64,000 bases of DNA from positions 434,001-498,000 of the forward strand of contig NW_027191419.1 in assembly GCF_041146345.1 (NCBI RefSeq), read 5' to 3'. Numbering within the stretch: the stretch's first letter is position 1; the number at the start of each line of letters is the position of its first letter. The position numbers and the translations under genes are program-made. Origin of the DNA: Neodothiora populina (Eukaryota). This document shows positions 61,542 to 64,000 of the stretch, piece after piece. A model generated the notes under the pieces. The model was not told the origin of the DNA, did no database searches, and was given only the letters and a program-made list of their open reading frames with translations.

Positions 61542-64000
61542 ATGTCTGACTCGGAGGACGATAAGCCTCTAATCAAGGGTATGTCATGTGCATCAACCAC
61601 TGCCATCTCACATTTCTGTTCACTTGCATTCGCGCCGCACTCGCGCTTTTCACTTGTTACTTTTTCCAAACATTCCTGTGGGAATCGCTCACACCTGGGA
61701 TGCTTGTCGTCATCTCACACCAACTTGTCTCACCAATCCATCTATCTCATTTCATCTCCCATCCACCGCTGGTCCTTGATCCCTTCACACAGCTAAACCC
61801 TGCCTGTGTATCCTTCACTCTGCTGTCATCAGGACCGCACTGGCACACTCTCTCTCGGCACTGCTCACATCTTCGAAATAAGACACTGACACGAAATGAT
61901 CTCAGCCAAATCCTCAAAGATCGTCGACGCTGCCGACTCTCGTCCAAGCACCAACGGCAATGTTCAACCCGGCATCTCCATCCGCAATGGTCCCGTTGAC
62001 GACGAGATGCATAGCGACGAACCCGCTCAGAATGACAGGGCCAATGGAACCAAACGCAAGTCTTCGATGACCAACGGGAAGACCTACAAGGACGCCAGCG
62101 ATTCCGAAGACGATGTGCCCTTGGTATGTGGCATCCGCTACATGTCCCGCCCTCGCCAACCGTCCCGAGCTGACCCAAATCTAGACCAAGCGACGAAGAA
62201 CGTTTCAGCAGAAGAAACCGCCGGAGGCGACAGCTGCTCAGATTGGCCAAGAACCTGATGATGACGGTCCTCTTGGCCAGAAGCTGCAGAAAGAGAAGGC
62301 TTTGATCCAGCAGAGGGCCGAGAAGGAAGCAAAGGCGATCCGTGCCAAGGCCAAAATTGAGGACGACGATGACAGCGATGATGTTCCGCTGCAGAAGCAG
62401 AGAAAGCCTGCTGCCGCAAAGAAGACGAATGGCGTGAAGAAAGAGGAGTCCGATGACGACGATGTGCCTCTCAGCAAGAAAGCCCCCGCCGCGGCGAAGA
62501 AGAGCACGAAACCTGCTCCAAGATCGGCAAAGTCAACTCCTGTCGCCGCGAAGAAAGGAAAACAGGCCGTCAAGGAGGAGAGCGAGATGCCAGAGGATGA
62601 AGAAGAAGAAGAGGAAGAGTACCGTTGGTGGGAAGATCCTGGCAAGAGTGACGGCACCAAGAAGTGGACCACACTTGAGCACAACGGCGTTGTGTTTCCC
62701 CCGGAATACGAGCCTCTGCCGAAAAACGTCAAGATGCGATATGATGGTGTTCCTGTGACTCTTCACCCCGAGGCTGAAGAAGTCGCTGGCTTCTACGGCG
62801 GCATGCTCAATTCGACACACAACGTCGAGAACCCGACCTTCAACAAGAACTTCTTCAACGACTTCAAGGAGATTCTCGACAGGACCGATCACGGCAAGGA
62901 CAAGGACGGCAACACTGTCAAGATCACCAAGTTCGAAAAGTGCGACTTCAAGCCCATCTTTGAGTACTACGACAGCGAGCGACAAAAGAAGAAGAATCTT
63001 TCCGCTGCCGAGAAGAAGGCTATCAAGGCTGCCAAGGATGAGGCCGAGGCACCTTTCACATATTGTGTCTGGGACGGCCGCAAGCAGAAGGTCGGCAACT
63101 TCCGCGTTGAACCACCCAGTCTTTTCCGAGGCCGTGGTGAACATCCCAAGACTGGCATGGTCAAGAAACGCGTTTCCCCCGAGCAAATCACCATCAACAT
63201 CGGCAAGGAAGCCACAGTTCCGGCGCCGCCTGAAGGTCATCGATGGAAGGAAGTGCGCCATGATCAAGAAGGAACTTGGCTTGCGATGTGGCAGGAGAAC
63301 ATCAACGGCGCCTACAAGTATGTCATGCTTGCCGCCAATTCTGATGTCAAGGGCCAGTCGGATTACAAGAAGTTCGAGAAGGCTCGTGAACTCAAGAAGC
63401 ACATTGACAAGATCCGAAAGGAGTACCAGCGAGATTTGAAAGCCGAACTCATGGCTGATCGCCAGCGTGCTACTGCTGTCTACCTCATTGATCAGTTTGC
63501 CTTGAGAGCCGGAAATGAAAAGGGTGAGGATGAGGCCGACACGGTCGGTTGTTGCTCTCTCAAGTTCGAGCATGTCACTCTGAAGCCCCCAAATAAAGTC
63601 ATCTTTGACTTCCTCGGAAAGGACTCTATCAGGTTCTATGACGAGGTCTCGGTAGATCCTCAAGTGTTCAAGAACCTCAAGATCTTCAAGAAGGCTCCCA
63701 AGAAGGAAGGAGATGAGATCTTCGATCGTCTCACAACCAGTGCCCTCAACAAGCATCTGAGCAACTACATGCCTGGTCTCACTGCTAAAGTTTTCCGTAC
63801 CTACAACGCTTCCTGGACCATGGCTTCGCTGCTGAAGAAAATGAAAGCCACAGGTACCATCCCAGAGAAGGTCAAAGCGTACAACGACGCCAATCGCGAG
63901 GTAGCCATTCTCTGTAACCATAAGCGCACAGTCGCGGCTGGTCACGCTGCTCAGATGGAGAAGCTGCAAGATAGACTCGATGCTCTCCGCTATCAGCAGT
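61542..64000 (+). CDS. TOP1: DNA topoisomerase I (type IB), 3' end outside the window
   Basis: [12 protein letters not shown]| with introns 61579-61905 and 62124-62184; [82 protein letters not shown]. Confidence 0.97.

Noticed and set aside
62533..63969. 478-aa minus-strand ORF over TOP1
   Set aside because: Antisense shadow in register with the TOP1 codons, with no recognisable domain.
1..64000. Transposons, RIP-degraded AT-rich blocks, CRISPR arrays, rDNA
   Set aside because: No transposase or RT motifs, LTRs/TIRs, strongly AT-rich blocks, spaced direct repeats or rRNA sequence were seen.

Overview
This is eukaryotic, intron-containing DNA from a filamentous ascomycete (Pezizomycotina). 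It is most likely a Eurotiomycete or Chaetothyriales-type fungus; that is inferred from GT-AG introns of about 50-350 nt with CTRAC branch points and from the gene families present. The window is gene-dense core chromosome with about 23 protein-coding loci: DOA10/SSM4 (runs off the left edge), a GT31 glycosyltransferase that appears disabled, a large She10-like ER protein ending RDEL, a VHS-GAT adaptor, a DPR-repeat dehydrin-like protein, LSM7, a Zn2Cys6 protein, a PTS1 acyl-CoA ligase, an SRA-like/Cys-rich/AlkB dioxygenase, an FAD oxidoreductase, SQT1, CDC27, a STRAP-like WD40 protein, an ALY/Yra1-family RRM protein, a Whi3-like RRM protein, MRPS35, a GIG1-like protein, CBR1, ATP3, TOP1 (runs off the right edge) and three uncharacterised proteins. 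It also holds an intron-containing tRNA-Pro(TGG) and an intronic box C/D snoRNA. No transposon, CRISPR array or rRNA was seen. The most interesting signals are: (1) a dual-guide snoRNA in the MRPS35 intron, (2) the SRA-like + AlkB fusion protein, (3) an alternative 3' splice site giving a premature stop in the ALY/Yra1-like gene, (4) a stop-free, AUG-free in-frame leader upstream of TOP1 that resembles a mitochondrial presequence, and (5) two lesions in the GT31 gene. Exon boundaries were read by eye and family calls rest on motif recognition, not database searches.
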